A stretch of 63,730 bases of DNA, the filler included, from Octopus bimaculoides (taxonomy: Eukaryota): NCBI RefSeq assembly GCF_001194135.2. It is 6 parts of 5 records of this genome, joined end to end, with 100 filler letters (N's around TTAATTAATTAA, not from the genome) between each part and the next. Parts side by side here need not be neighbours in the genome. Positions count along the whole stretch, not along the records: positions 14,718 to 44,273 come from NC_068993.1; positions 44,374 to 54,880 come from NC_068981.1; 4 more parts are not named here. One strand, 5' to 3'. Under the pieces are notes generated by a model that did not search any database, was not told where the DNA came from, and saw nothing but the letters and a program-made list of their open reading frames with translations. Of the stretch, positions 38,284 through 51,259 are shown piece after piece; the stretch's first letter is position 1, and each line of letters opens with the position of its first letter. The translations under genes were made by a program, and so were the position numbers.

Positions 38284-39625
38284 GCACACACACACACATG
38301 TATATATATATACACACACACATATACATATATATATATGTGTATAAAATTCATATGTATGCACATGTGCATGCGTATATGTGTGTGTGTGTGTGTATGT
38401 ACATATACATTTTACACACGCTCGCACGTACACACACATGTGTGTATGAATATATGTATGTATGTATCTGTGTGTTTTTATATATGAATGTATAAGCAAA
38501 CGCCTATGCGTGTGTTAGAAAGAAATGATTGATACATGTGTAAAGAGGAAGGAGAGCAGGAAAGAGTAGCAGATGAAGACGAATAAAGAAAGATAAAAAA
38601 GGAAAATGAAGGAATACAGAAATGAAAGTAGAAGTGACGGAGAAGATGAAAGATTAATGACGCAGATTAATAGATTATAAGGCATAAATAATAAAAAAAG
38701 CAAAAATAACTGAATTTATTGAAGACATAATGAGTTCTTAGACAAACCCATACCTAGTTTTTTTTAACAGACACTGCCACAGAGAAATTTTAAATTATGT
38801 ATATAAATACATATCTATTCATCTTTTTATGACAAGCTAAGTTTCCTATATGAGGCCAGAAAATATTTAAATTACATTTAGAGCATGACCTAAACTTCTA
38901 GACTTTCAATTTTAACACCCAAAGAGTAATTCAGATTTAAACAGCTACTGAATATTTTAAACAAGAGTGTACTTCTCATTTTTGTTCATTTGAGACATGA
39001 AAAGTGTCAAAAGCCATCTTTTCTGGCCAGCTAAAAATACCACCTACTTATATGATTTTGTAAACCCTTGAAAGTTTCGTTACAAAAAAGCCGATACACC
39101 TATTTACTAAGTGTTAAATGCTGGACGAAACTTTGAGCTTGGGCTTTTACTCTGCCAGAGCGAAGAATTAAATCCAATAAAACCAAAAGAAACCAAATCT
39201 AATGACACATCTGCTGATTAAAAAAACTTCCTCTACATACCTACTTCTTTTTTGTGAACGGCTAAAACGATCCCATGACCTGAAGCTGACACACTTGAAT
39301 ATACACACCTGTTTATAAGGCTCTACATGCATGAATAAAATCCAAACAATAATATGACCCTAAGTCTAATCAATAAAATCTACCCTAGAACCTAATCAAC
39401 ATTCATTGCACTCCAGACACCTCAGGAATATTTTATATCAACAGAGACTATATAAAACCCAAATTAACTTAATGCATCACAGTTCGACGATGTCTTAGCT
39501 GGCCAAAACGTCGACGTCACTATCAATATTATTCTTTTAAAAAATAATAAATTTTTACTCTACAAATGTATGGAATAACACTTCAGATTGATGTAAAATT
39601 GTTTTTCTTAACTGAACAGAAAAAT

Positions 39626-39663
<38 letters not shown>

Positions 39664-41235
39664 GCGCGCACGGTGTATGTGTGTGTGTGCGTGTGTGTGC
39701 TAGAAACATCGATGTGTGGAAATCTGACAGGTGGCAGTAGTGGACCGATATGTTGTTTTTACACCTTTTTTTTACTATAAGAGAGAAGTTTTCTTCACCA
39801 TAACTACACTGAATTTGCTTTTAGCAGCTGAAATATGTCACAAACATATTTCAACTAACCTGAAGTTCGAATATGCCTAAAGACTGCTTGGTGCTAATAT
39901 TACTGTAATCTCTCTCTATCTCTCTATTATATACATACATGCATATATATATATATATANNNNNNNNNNNNNNNNNNNNNNNNNNNNNNNNNNNNNNNNN
40001 NNNNNNNNNNNNNNNNNNNNNNNNNNNNNNNNNNNNNNNNNNNNNNNNNNNNNNNNNNNNNNNNNNNNNNNNNNNNNNNNNNNNNNNNNNNNNNNNNNNN
40101 NNNNNNNNNNNNNNNNATATATATGTATGTATGTATGTATAAGAGTAGAAGTTAATATTATTAAATAATATCAATTTCAACCAGTGATCGGCATACTTAA
40201 AAAAAAAGAAAAGAAAAAAACTTTTATAAGCTGTTTTAGTACCGAATTGCAATATGTATATTGGTATTCATATTGAGAAAGAATCACGTTCGACGTAAGG
40301 TACTAAAAGTCACAGAAATATAAAATAACAGAGAATAAAATGTCTAGAACAGGCAGTGAATGCTTTTTTGTCTGCTGGTGGTGCTTCTCTGGCTTTTAGC
40401 ACTATACGGCAATACGAAATTCTTTCTCAAAATGAATACCGCACTTTTATGTTACAGTACATCTGCTTTCAGTTAGGTATACCTACATACACACACACTC
40501 ACACAAATACACACAAACACACACAAACGCATACATACGCACAACAAACACACACAATACACACACACACATCTACTTAAATTACAGACATCGGAGAAGG
40601 CCTCATAACCTGCAGTATTATAAAAATGGTAAGGATATATGTGCTTTAAGCATGATATACTGATTCCTATTTTGAATAAAAAAGGTTTCTGTCGCTCATA
40701 ACAAATATGTCCGTATGTTTATATGTGTATTTTTATTTATGTGTTTCAACCAAGTGGCTGCGGTCATGCTGGTGCATGTATATTTGTATATATATGTATA
40801 TACGTATATATATNNNNNNNNNNNNNNNNNNNNNNNNNNNNNNNNNNNNNNNNNNNNNNNNNNNNNNNNNNNNNNNNNNNNNNNNNNNNNNNNNNNNNNN
40901 NNNNNNNNNNNNNNNNNNNNNNNNNNNNNNNNNNNNNNNNNNNNNNNNNNNNNNNNNNNNNNNNNNNNNNNNNNNNNNNNNNNNNNNNNNNNNNNNNNNN
41001 NNNNNNNNNNNNNNNNNNNNNNNNNNNNNNNNNNNNNNNNNNNNNNNNNNNNNNNNNNNNNNNNNNNNNNNNNNNNNNNNNNNNNNNNNNNNNNNNNNNN
41101 NNNNNNNNNNNNNNNNNNNNNNNNNNNNNNNNNNNNNNNNNNNNNNNNNNNNNNNNNNNNNNNNNNNNNNNNNNNNNNNNNNNNNNNNNNNNNNNNNNNN
41201 NNNNNNNNNNNNNNNNNNNNNNNNNNNNNNNNNNN

Positions 41236-41267
<32 letters not shown>

Positions 41268-41444
41268 CACAGCTAAGACTGGCTCGAAACTTTGGCTTTT
41301 TCCGTACTCGCTTCTCCATTAGTATATATGCTTTCGTCAATTTGTACACATTAGTGAATTGCTAAATCATCCTTTGATTTGGATGACGAAAACATATATA
41401 CTAATAGAGATGCGAGTCCGGAAAAAGTTGCAGTGTCAAGCCAG

Positions 41445-41495
41445 TCCTAACTGATGAGGCAACGAAAATTGCCGAAACTGATGTCAGTATTAAGA
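41445..41495 (+). ncRNA. Type I hammerhead ribozyme motif, near canonical
   Basis: TCCTAA (stem I) - CTGATGA (41451-41457) - GGCAA/cgaaaa/TTGCC (helix II) - GAAA (41474-41477) - stem III ACTG/atgt/CAGT - A (GUA triplet, predicted cut after 41489) - TTAAGA (stem I, 5 of 6 pairs). All core nucleotides present. Confidence 0.85.
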
Positions 41496-42696
41496 AATCT
41501 CGATCGGCATTTTTCGGACGATTAAGGTCCCAGTAAGTGTATATGTTTACATTTACGTGCGCTGACTACAACATTGGAGTATGATAGCTCTTATTTCTAG
41601 CAATGTAGGTATTTCTAACACCCTAGTCACAATTATAATTCTCCTTTTTGGTGAAATATTTCAAACTGATATATATATATATATATATATAAGCTCATGC
41701 ATGCATTTGTACATTCCTGTCTTTGAGTTTGTCCTGCACCTATTGCCTGTGAACAGTTTTATTTTCCTGTCAATATTCGTTGTGTGGCTGATTGCTTCAA
41801 ATTGAAGGTTCCACCGAAAAGTAAATGATATTAGCGTATCGATCTATCAGTCCTATGGAGAAGCGATACCTGAATGTCACGACAATCTTGTCTTTAACTA
41901 CATTATTCAATGTTTTTTTTTTTAATTCAAAACAAGAGTCGTGATATGACAGAGGTTTATCGCTTTCATCGTAGGTTGAGATACGTATACACCAGAGAAT
42001 TGAGTCAACAATGGAGATACTGCTGAATGCACACACTACTCTCTTAAAGAAAGCTTGGTACATTGTGTAATAAAGTTCTAGGTACATTCTGGGTAAATAT
42101 AAACGACTATAGGGATAATTGGGACATATTTGCACACAGGTTAACAGGATTTTTGAGATCCTTTTGTTTCATTGCATTTCTTAGAATTTACAGCAATACC
42201 AAAGCATTCGTCCAGAACAAATGCAGAAAATTCTAGGTGGTCATTCTAACAACTAAAAGTAAAAGTCTAAACTTTCCAAATTATCTTCTTAAAAAAAGGT
42301 AATGATGAATTGGTTAATTTGTTTCTAGATACAGAATATATTAAGATAAAATAGACGGATTGGACACAGCCTGAACGTCTATGTTCATCGATCTGATCGG
42401 CCAAGACTAATACAAAGTTAAACAAGAGCTACGTTTGTCGAACGGCTATCATAAAAGCTACTACTACGCCCCACATCACGCTTATGGAATCTGGACAACC
42501 AAACTTCGAAGTAAACGTTATACCAAACACCTCCATCTCGTAAAGAACTTTCTGGAATTCTTTCCAATTATATATTTCACATGACGAACATCATGAGCTT
42601 AAGCTGAATATAACTGTATCGATTTGAACAGTCTGGATGAATTAGCAATGTATTATAGACATTAATTATTTCTTAATACTACAACAATACAAAAGG

Positions 42697-42754
<58 letters not shown>

Positions 42755-42787
42755 GATCTATCTTTCTTTCTATCTATCAATCCATCC

Positions 42788-42847
<60 letters not shown>

Positions 42848-42872
42848 GTCTGTCTATCTGTCTATATATTTT

Positions 42873-42905
<33 letters not shown>
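42697..42905. repeat. (CTAT)n followed by (TG)n
   Basis: Direct reading. Confidence 0.95.
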
Positions 42906-42915
<10 letters not shown>

Positions 42916-43026
42916 TTGTGTGTCTGTGTATGCCCCCCTCCCCCAACACCGCTCGTTTACGTCCCCGTAAATTAGCAGTTCGGCACAAGTGACCGATACG
43001 GCATACAAGGAATAAGTCCTGGGGTC
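42900..43026 (+). mobile_element. SINE third family, internal fragment
   Basis: gtttacgtccccgtaaattagcagttcggcac...gaataagtcctggggtc is the reverse complement of motifs at 63620-63700. Confidence 0.65.
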
Positions 43027-43473
43027 NNNNNNNNNNNNNNNNNNNNNNNNNNNNNNNNNNNNNNNNNNNNNNNNNNNNNNNNNNNNNNNNNNNNNNNNNN
43101 NNNNNNNNNNNNNNNNNNNNNNNNNNNNNNNNNNNNNNNNNNNNNNNNNNNNNNNNNNNNNNNNNNNNNNNNNNNNNNNNNNNNNNNNNNNNNNNNNNNN
43201 NNNNNNNNNNNNNNNNNNNNNNNNNNNNNNNNNNNNNNNNNNNNNNNNNNNNNNNNNNNNNNNNNNNNNNNNNNNNNNNNNNNNNNNNNNNNNNNNNNNN
43301 NNNNNNNNNNNNNNNNNNNNNNNNNNNNNNNNNNNNNNNNNNNNNNNNNNNNNNNNNNNNNNNNNNNNNNNNNNNNNNNNNNNNNNNNNNNNNNNNNNNN
43401 NNNNNNNNNNNNNNNNNNNNNNNNNNNNNNNNNNNNNNNNNNNNNNNNNNNNNNNNNNNNNNNNNNNNNNNNN

Positions 43474-43546
43474 CAACTCATGCTGAAGCAACTCATGCTG
43501 AAGCAACTCATGCTGAAGCAACTGATGCTGAAGCAACTCATGCTGA
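43474..43546. repeat. 15-bp minisatellite (caactcatgctgaag)n at a gap edge
   Basis: About 4.8 units visible, one variant unit. Confidence 0.9.
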
Positions 43547-43555
43547 TCCCTATAT

Positions 43556-43590
<35 letters not shown>

Positions 43591-44373
43591 TATGTAGACA
43601 TACACCCGCACACACACACACACACGCGCGCGCGCATACACACGCATGTATACATACGCACGCATGCACACGCACAAATGAATGTATGTATGTATTTAAA
43701 AAGAGAAATAAGTGAATGCGGATAGCGGCACGAATTTGGATAATAAAGACGAACTGACTCCCATTAAATGTCATATCCTGATTTATTTAAATTTTCTGTC
43801 CTATAAGAGAAGGTAAACAACCGCCTCAGAGAAAATGCCGCCGAAAGAACGTACGATAACCTTAAGGCTGAAGAATTCTCTAGAATTGGCATGCTATGAA
43901 GAAAAACATTTTTGGTGATTTCTGTTTTTTAGTTGGTCCAAAGGCGATGCATGCGTTTCTGCCTCAATATGCGCCAGTAGCATAGCCGTTGTGTTAATTT
44001 GACTCCGGCAGAAGTTAAGAGTTTGACATATACAACAATTGTTGCGAAGTTTTATGGTTTTGGATCATTCACATAATTAAATATAACTGAGCTAAGATAC
44101 GTAGATCAATGTGAGCGGTGGCATGAATTTAAACAATAAAAATGAATCATGCTGTATTAAATACCATACAAAAATCAATTCGTGATTTACTGAAATTATC
44201 TTGGCTCTTAGAGACGGTACAGCAATAAATATATATATATATATATATATGTACATATATATATATATATATANNNNNNNNNNNNNNNNNNNNNNNNNNN
44301 NNNNNNNNNNNNNNNNNTTAATTAATTAANNNNNNNNNNNNNNNNNNNNNNNNNNNNNNNNNNNNNNNNNNNN

Positions 44374-44773
44374 TAAGGATGTTGTAGCTGTAGCTTATAA
44401 CTGGGACAGCTAAAGTGTTGATACCCATTATCTTGTTTTTAGCATTGAGCTCTGCTTTTAGTATTGATCTAACTCGTCTATAGTACTCTTTCTTTATTGT
44501 TTTTTTCATTTGTGTATGTTGTATCCTATCTAGTTCATTGACTCCTAAATACTTATATGGTTGGCTTTCGTCTAGTTCTCTTATTTCATTGGCTTTATCT
44601 AGTGTTATATTGCTACTTTTAACTAATTTTCCTCTTTTCAGGGTTGCTTTGGCACATTTTTCTAATCCGAATTTCATTTCTATTTCCTTGGTAAAGCCGT
44701 GTACTGTCTGTAGTAGTGTTTCTAGCTCTTTGTCGTTTTTTGCATATGATTTTATAATTTTGCATATAATTTT
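44374..44773 (-). mobile_element. R4/Dong-type non-LTR retrotransposon, RT fragment running into a gap
   Basis: YAKNDKELETLLQTVHGFTKEIEMKFGLEKCAKATLKRGK...YKYLGVNELDRIQHTQMKKTIKKEYYRRVRSILKAELNAKNKIMGINTLAVPVISYS. The 5' truncation falls just after the YxDD motif and joins a (TAA)n tract. Confidence 0.9.
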
Positions 44774-44795
44774 ATTATTATTATTATTATTATTA

Positions 44796-44856
<61 letters not shown>

Positions 44857-44863
44857 CATTATT

Positions 44864-45077
44864 AAGGTTGTGAGCTGGCGGATTTAGTAGCACGCGAGAC
44901 GGAATGTTTAGTGGTATTTCGCCTGTCGTTACATTCTGAGTTCAAATTCCGCCAAGGTTGTTTTTGCTTTTCATCCTTTCGGGGTCGATAATTTAAGTAC
45001 CCGTGAGACACTGGGGTCGATGTATTTGACAAATCCTCTACCCCAAAATTTCAGGCTTTGAGCCTAGTGTAGAAAGG

Positions 45078-45115
<38 letters not shown>
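44864..45115 (+). mobile_element. SINE-A, full length with (ATT)n tail
   Basis: Head aaggttgtgagctggcgg follows (ATT)n. Ends agaaaggattattattatt. Confidence 0.8.
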
Positions 45116-45116
<1 letters not shown>

Positions 45117-45752
45117 AGTAGTAGTACTGGTGGTAATTGTATTAATGATAGTAGTTGGCGATTTATGTGATTATAGTGATGGTTTTGCTTTGTTGGCTTT
45201 TGGCAGTGAGGATTTAAAAGACAAAATTAAGTATTTTATTTACCATAAACTACAGAGAAAAATATAGATACAACTTCGTGATGCTGTTTATGATGATGAC
45301 GATGATGATGGTAATAATATTTGTAATTAAAGTGGTGGCAAGAATTATTTTGAATATGTCCAATATTGTGAATTTTAAAGAAGGTGAAAGTGATTACAAT
45401 GCCGGCAATAATTATGATAATGACGAGAAGGAAAAGCTGAAAGAAATAAATGATGATGATAACGATAGCAATCTTCATTATCGTCACCATCATGATTTCT
45501 CACTTTGGCATACGTCCAAGTATGTGAATGTATGATCTGTAATTGACTGAAGAAATTGGTACTAATTTCGTTTTGATAACGAGTAATTCATTTAATATAT
45601 CCGGCGGAATTGACAGGCAATCTCGCGTTCGACATGAATTTTACACGGAACAAAGTTGAGACGGAACAAAATTCTGCAAACACGGTACTATCCTTTTTTT
45701 TTTTCTCTTTTTCTTTTCTTATCTTTTCCTACCTGTAATAATTATGATAATA

Positions 45753-46330
45753 CCTTCAACTATAGGCACAAAGCCTGAAATTTGGGCATGAGGAGGAGTC
45801 TAGTCAATTGCATGCACTTCAGTGCCCGACAAGTACTTATTTTATCGATTCCGAATGGATAGAAGTTATGACAGACCTTGATAGAATTTGAACTCAGAAC
45901 ATAAAGGCGCAAGAAATACCACTTAGCATCTTATCCTGCGTGCTAACAATTCTGCAAGTTCGCCGCCCTTCATAAAAACAAAAAACAAATGTGAAGGAGG
46001 GTGTTAGTTAGTGTTATCGATTCCAGTTACGGTAGCGAACCGGCAGAATTGTGAGCACGCCTAACAAGATGCTTAGCGGCATTTCGTACATCGTTACTTT
46101 CTAAGTTAAAATCCTCCGAGGTCGACTTTGACTTTCATCCTTTCGGTGTCGATAAAATGAGTACCAGTAATCGACTTAGCTCCTCCCTCGTAATAGCTGG
46201 CCTTGTGCCGCAATTTGAAACCAATATTATCGACTCCAGTATTTGACTAGTTTATTTTATCGAATCAGAAAGGATAATAGCAAAATTGATCCCGGTAGAG
46301 GTAGAACTCAGAACGCTAAAAGTCAAAGAA
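45753..46330. mobile_element. Cluster of three SINE-A copies (45753-45969 minus, 46030-46225 plus, 46226-46330 minus partial)
   Basis: Repeated family motifs: gaactcagaac, gaggtcgactttgactttcatcctttcggtgtcgataaaa, ctaacaattctgcaagttcgccgcc. Confidence 0.7.
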
Positions 46331-48482
46331 AATGCAATTATGTATGGTTCGAAAGTAGAATGCAAAATCTTGGAGGCAGAAAAGTACCCTAGTCCATTGA
46401 ATTAACCTTTTCCTTTCTAGTATATGAGCGGTATTTATTCTAGTGACCCTGAATTCAGTGTGAAATTAGATGGAATTTGAACTCTAAACATAAAATACTA
46501 TAACGAAATACAGCGCAGCATTGTCCTTTTTTTCTCTAACATTTCTATTATCTGCAGCTCTTATGGTACTCAAAGTAATTATTTACATTTGCATATGGCC
46601 AAACATTTACACGGGGACCATATACTACTAATGAACAGCTCTACCAATTAAGTATAGATACGAGATTAAGTATGATGCTGAAGCGAACAGCAACGCAAAT
46701 AAAAAGCAAACTAGTAGTATGTAGTTTTGAAAAATAGCGTCATACACGTAACGTACAACATATACGAGGCGCGGCAAACCTGTTTCAGTCTACGCTAGAA
46801 CACATTCTTAATATGATCATATAAGTGTTACTTTTGAACCTAGGAAAATAAGGAACAGAACAATATCAAATATCAAGCAATGGTGAGGAACAAGCTCAAA
46901 GATATACACACATACATACATACAAAAATACAAACACACTCACATATATACATACATATATTTCTTAATATGTATGTATGTACATATNNNNNNNNNNNNN
47001 NNNNNNNNNNNNNNNNNNNNNNNNNNNNNNNNNNNNNNNNNNNNNNNNNNNNNNNNNNNNNNNNNNNNNNNNNNNNNNNNNNNNNNNNNNNNNNNNNNNN
47101 NNNNNNNNNNNNNNNNNNNNNNNNNNNNNNNNNNNNNNNNNNNNNNNNNNNNNNNNNNNNNNNNNNNNNNNNNNNNNNNNNNNNNNNNNNNNNNNNNNNN
47201 NNNNNNNNNNNNNNNNNNNNNNNNNNNNNNNNNNNNNNNNNNNNNNNNNNNNNNNNNNNNNNNNNNNNNNNNNNNNNNNNNNNNNNNNNNNNNNNNNNNN
47301 NNNNNNNNNNNNNNNNNNNNNNNNNNNNNNNNNNNNNNNNNNNNNNNNNNNNNNNNNNNNNNNNNNNNNNNNNNNNNNNNNNNNNNNNNNNNNNNNNNNN
47401 NNNNNNNNNNNNNNNNNNNNNNNNNNNNNNNNNNNNNNNNNNNNNNNNNNNNNNNNNNNNNNNNNNNNNNNNNNNNNNNNNNNNNNNNNNNNNNNNNNNN
47501 NNNNNNNNNNNNNNNNNNNNNNNNNNNNNNNNNNNNNNNNNNNNNNNNNNNNNNNNNNNNNNNNNNNNNNNNNNNNNNNNNNNNNNNNNNNNNNNNNNNN
47601 NNNNNNNNNNNNNNNNNNNNNNNNNNNNNNNNNNNNNNNNNNNNNNNNNNNNNNNNNNNNNNNNNNNNNNNNNNNNNNNNNNNNNNNNNNNNNNNNNNNN
47701 NNNNNNNNNNNNNNNNNNNNNNNNNNNNNNNNNNNNNNNNNNNNNNGTGATGGGCGATAGGGGCCGTACCGTCTTCATGGACGCATTCCTCGTAGGCAGC
47801 CTCTCCTTCACTACCAGGCATAAATCAAGTCGTCTTTCTTTTGCCGAAACCTACTAACTTTTGCTTCATCAGCACATGAGCGATATACATGAAATATTTA
47901 TATATACCCACAAAACAGCAAAACTGTGATTACGCATAAATATCACAAATATATACGCATCGAATTTCGTAGTCCATGTATGTATGTATGTATGTATGTA
48001 TGTATGTATGTATGTATGTATGTATGCATGTATGTATGCATGTATTTATGCATGTATGCATTTATGTACCTATGTAGGCAGGTAGGTAGCTAGGTACCGA
48101 TGTCACATGCTTCACGTAGGTGTTTTGTTTATGCGCTTAGTAGCTTCAGGATTTCATCAGTAAGAAAGTCTCTTTAAGCGGAGCAATAGTTAGAAAACAA
48201 ATTAAATACCTCAAATCAGACAAGACAGGTCGCCCTGTAGGTGAACGGCAACGCTGGGTATCAATATTTTATTGTTATTTCTGCTCATCGGTATCATGTC
48301 CTCGAATCACCTCGAAACAAACTGAAATTGCCGGTCTGGGGTTTACATGCAAATAGTGTAGAGTCACAAATCTACTTTCCCCTCTTGTAATCCCACAACT
48401 AATATGCTCATAAACAAAACTCATACATTAAGTGTAAGTAATACCGGTAATGTTTATATTATTAGATCTGCTTATAACTTAG

Positions 48483-48519
<37 letters not shown>

Positions 48520-48541
48520 TAAATATATATATATACACACG

Positions 48542-48584
<43 letters not shown>

Positions 48585-49996
48585 NNNNNNNNNNNNNNNN
48601 NNNNNNNNNNNNNNNNNNNNNNNNNNNNNNNNNNNNNNNNNNNNNNNNNNNNNNNNNNNNNNNNNNNNNNNNNNNNNNNNNNNNNNNNNNNNNNNNNNNN
48701 NNNNNNNNNNNNNNNNNNNNNNNNNNNNNNNNNNNNNNNNNNNNNNNNNNNNNNNNNNNNNNNNNNNNNNNNNNNNNNNNNNNNNNNNNNNNNNNNNNNN
48801 NNNNNNNNNNNNNNNNNNNNNNNNNNNNNNNNNNNNNNNNNNNNNNNNNNNNNNNNNNNNNNNNNNNNNNNNNNNNNNNNNNNNNNNNNNNNNNNNNNNN
48901 NNNNNNNNNNNNNNNNNNNNNNNNNNNNNNNNNNNNNNNNNNNNNNNNNNNNNNNNNNNNNNNNNNNNNNNNNNNNNNNNNNNNNNNNNNNNNNNNNNNN
49001 NNNNNNNNNNNNNNNNNNNNNNNNNNNNNNNNNNNNNNNNNNNNNNNNNNNNNNNNNNNNNNNNNNNNNNNNNNNNNNNNNNNNNNNNNNNNNNNNNNNN
49101 NNNNNNNNNNNNNNNNNNNNNNNNNNNNNNNNNNNNNNNNNNNNNNNNNNNNNNNNNNNNNNNNNNNNNNNNNNNNNNNNNNNNNNNNNNNNNNNNNNNN
49201 NNNNNNNNNNNNNNNNNNNNNNNNNNNNNNNNNNNNNNNNNNNNNNNNNNNNNNNNNNNNNNNNNNNNNNNNNNNNNNNNNNNNNNNNNNNNNNNNNNNN
49301 NNNNNNNNNNNNNNNNNNNNNNNNNNNNNNNNNNNNNNNNNNNNNNNNNNNNNNNNNNNNNNNNNNNNNNNNNNNNNNNNNNNNNNNNNNNNNNNNNNNN
49401 NNNNNNNNNNNNNNNNNNNNNNNNNNNNNNNNNNNNNNNNNNNNNNNNNNNNNNNNNNNNNNNNNNNNNNNNNNNNNNNNNNNNNNNNNNNNNNNNNNNN
49501 NNNNNNNNNNNNNNNNNNNNNNNNNNNNNNNNNNNNNNNNNNNNNNNNNNNNNNNNNNNNNNNNNNNNNNNNNATATATATATATATATATAAATAACAG
49601 AAGAACTGGAAAGGCAGAATCGATTAATTGAACATTGATTGTTTGACTGGTAAATCCTTTCATTCACCTTGTGAAATGATCGAAATGGCATAACTAAAAA
49701 TATCGCACAGCATTTTATCCCGCGTTAATGTACTATTCATATCATAATGCTTTGTGACATAGGCATAGACCTCATATTTGGAGAACAGTTATAGACTCCG
49801 TCATCGAAATCAGTACCTTTCTGGTACATAATTTATGAACCATGGTTGAGTTTAAAGTGTAAAACTTATTTCATTATGGTAAAATGTATTATTGTGTTTT
49901 CGATTCTTTTCCATTGTTAAATTTGCTTATCGAACACCACTATAACGTACTTTTTTATGTTGAAGAAAATTTCAATTATGTGTCCGATTTTATGAG

Positions 49997-50200
49997 AGGT
50001 AGCGTACTGGCAGAAACGTTAGCACATCGAACAAAATAATTCACTTCATTTCTTCTGATTCATTATATTCTGAAGTAAAATTCTGCCATGGTTCACGTTA
50101 CTTTTCATTCTTTTTGTGCTTATTAAAGTAAGTACCAGTTGAGCAGTGAGTTGGATATAATTGATTACACCCACTCTCAAAATTTAAAGCGTTTTGCTTA
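49997..50200 (+). mobile_element. SINE-A, old copy
   Basis: gaggtagcgtactggcagaaacgttagcac...aagtaccagttgagcagtg. Confidence 0.55.
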
Positions 50201-51210
50201 CATTAAAATGGGGGCTTATGACATATAAACAGTTTAAAATCCAAACAGTTAAACACATACGAAAGAACACTAAACGAACGACGAAGATATTTACAAAAAG
50301 TCACTTCAAATAATACCATTGCAAACATTTTTTTCGATTTCATTAATATATTTTTATTGTTTTCAATAATTTCATCAAATAAATCTGTTATATTTGTTTT
50401 TTCTGTTTTATTTTTTTTTTCCGTTTACAATTTTATGACGTATATCACTCTATCACTGACACGCGTAAAACCACATATATACAGCAAACTCTCAGAATTC
50501 TCACCCACCATTTACAAGATCACCCAAACAAACCCACACTCACACACATACACGTTCATTCACTCACACACTTTCACACACACACACATAAACGCTCGAA
50601 CATATTTACGCACGTGCAAACATATTTACATTTTACCTTTGAGATTATAACTAACACTGTTATATATATNNNNNNNNNNNNNNNNNNNNNNNNNNNNNNN
50701 NNNNNNNNNNNNNNNNNNNNNNNNNNNNNNNNNNNNNNNNNNNNNNNNNNNNNNNNNNNNNNNNNNNNNNNNNNNNNNNNNNNNNNNNNNNNNNNNNNNN
50801 NNNNNNNNNNNNNNNNNNNNNNNNNNNNNNNNNNNNNNNNNNNNNNNNNNNNNNNNNNNNNNNNNNNNNNNNNNNNNNNNNNNNNNNNNNNNNNNNNNNN
50901 NNNNNNNNNNNNNNNNNNNNNNNNNNNNNNNNNNNNNNNNNNNNNNNNNNNNNNNNNNNNNNNNNNNNNNNNNNNNNNNNNNNNNNNNNNNNNNNNNNNN
51001 NNNNNNNNNNNNNNNNNNNNNNNNNNNNNNNNNNNNNNNNNNNNNNNNNNNNNNNNNNNNNNNNNNNNNNNNNNNNNNNNNNNNNNNNNNNNNNNNNNNN
51101 NNNNNNNNNNNNNNNNNNNNNNNNNNNNNNNNNNNNNNNNNNNNNNNNNNNNNNNNNNNNNNNNNNNNNNNNNNNNNNNNNNNNNNNNNNNNNNNNNNNN
51201 NNNNNNNNNN

Positions 51211-51259
<49 letters not shown>

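Noticed and set aside
41797-42135. 112-aa minus-strand ORF near the intact hammerhead as a GIY-YIG candidate
   Set aside because: No GIY/YIG or RT motif recognisable in any frame examined.
47748-47820. GC-rich fragment at a gap edge (KERLPTRN, L1/Tx1-like)
   Set aside because: Too short to assign.
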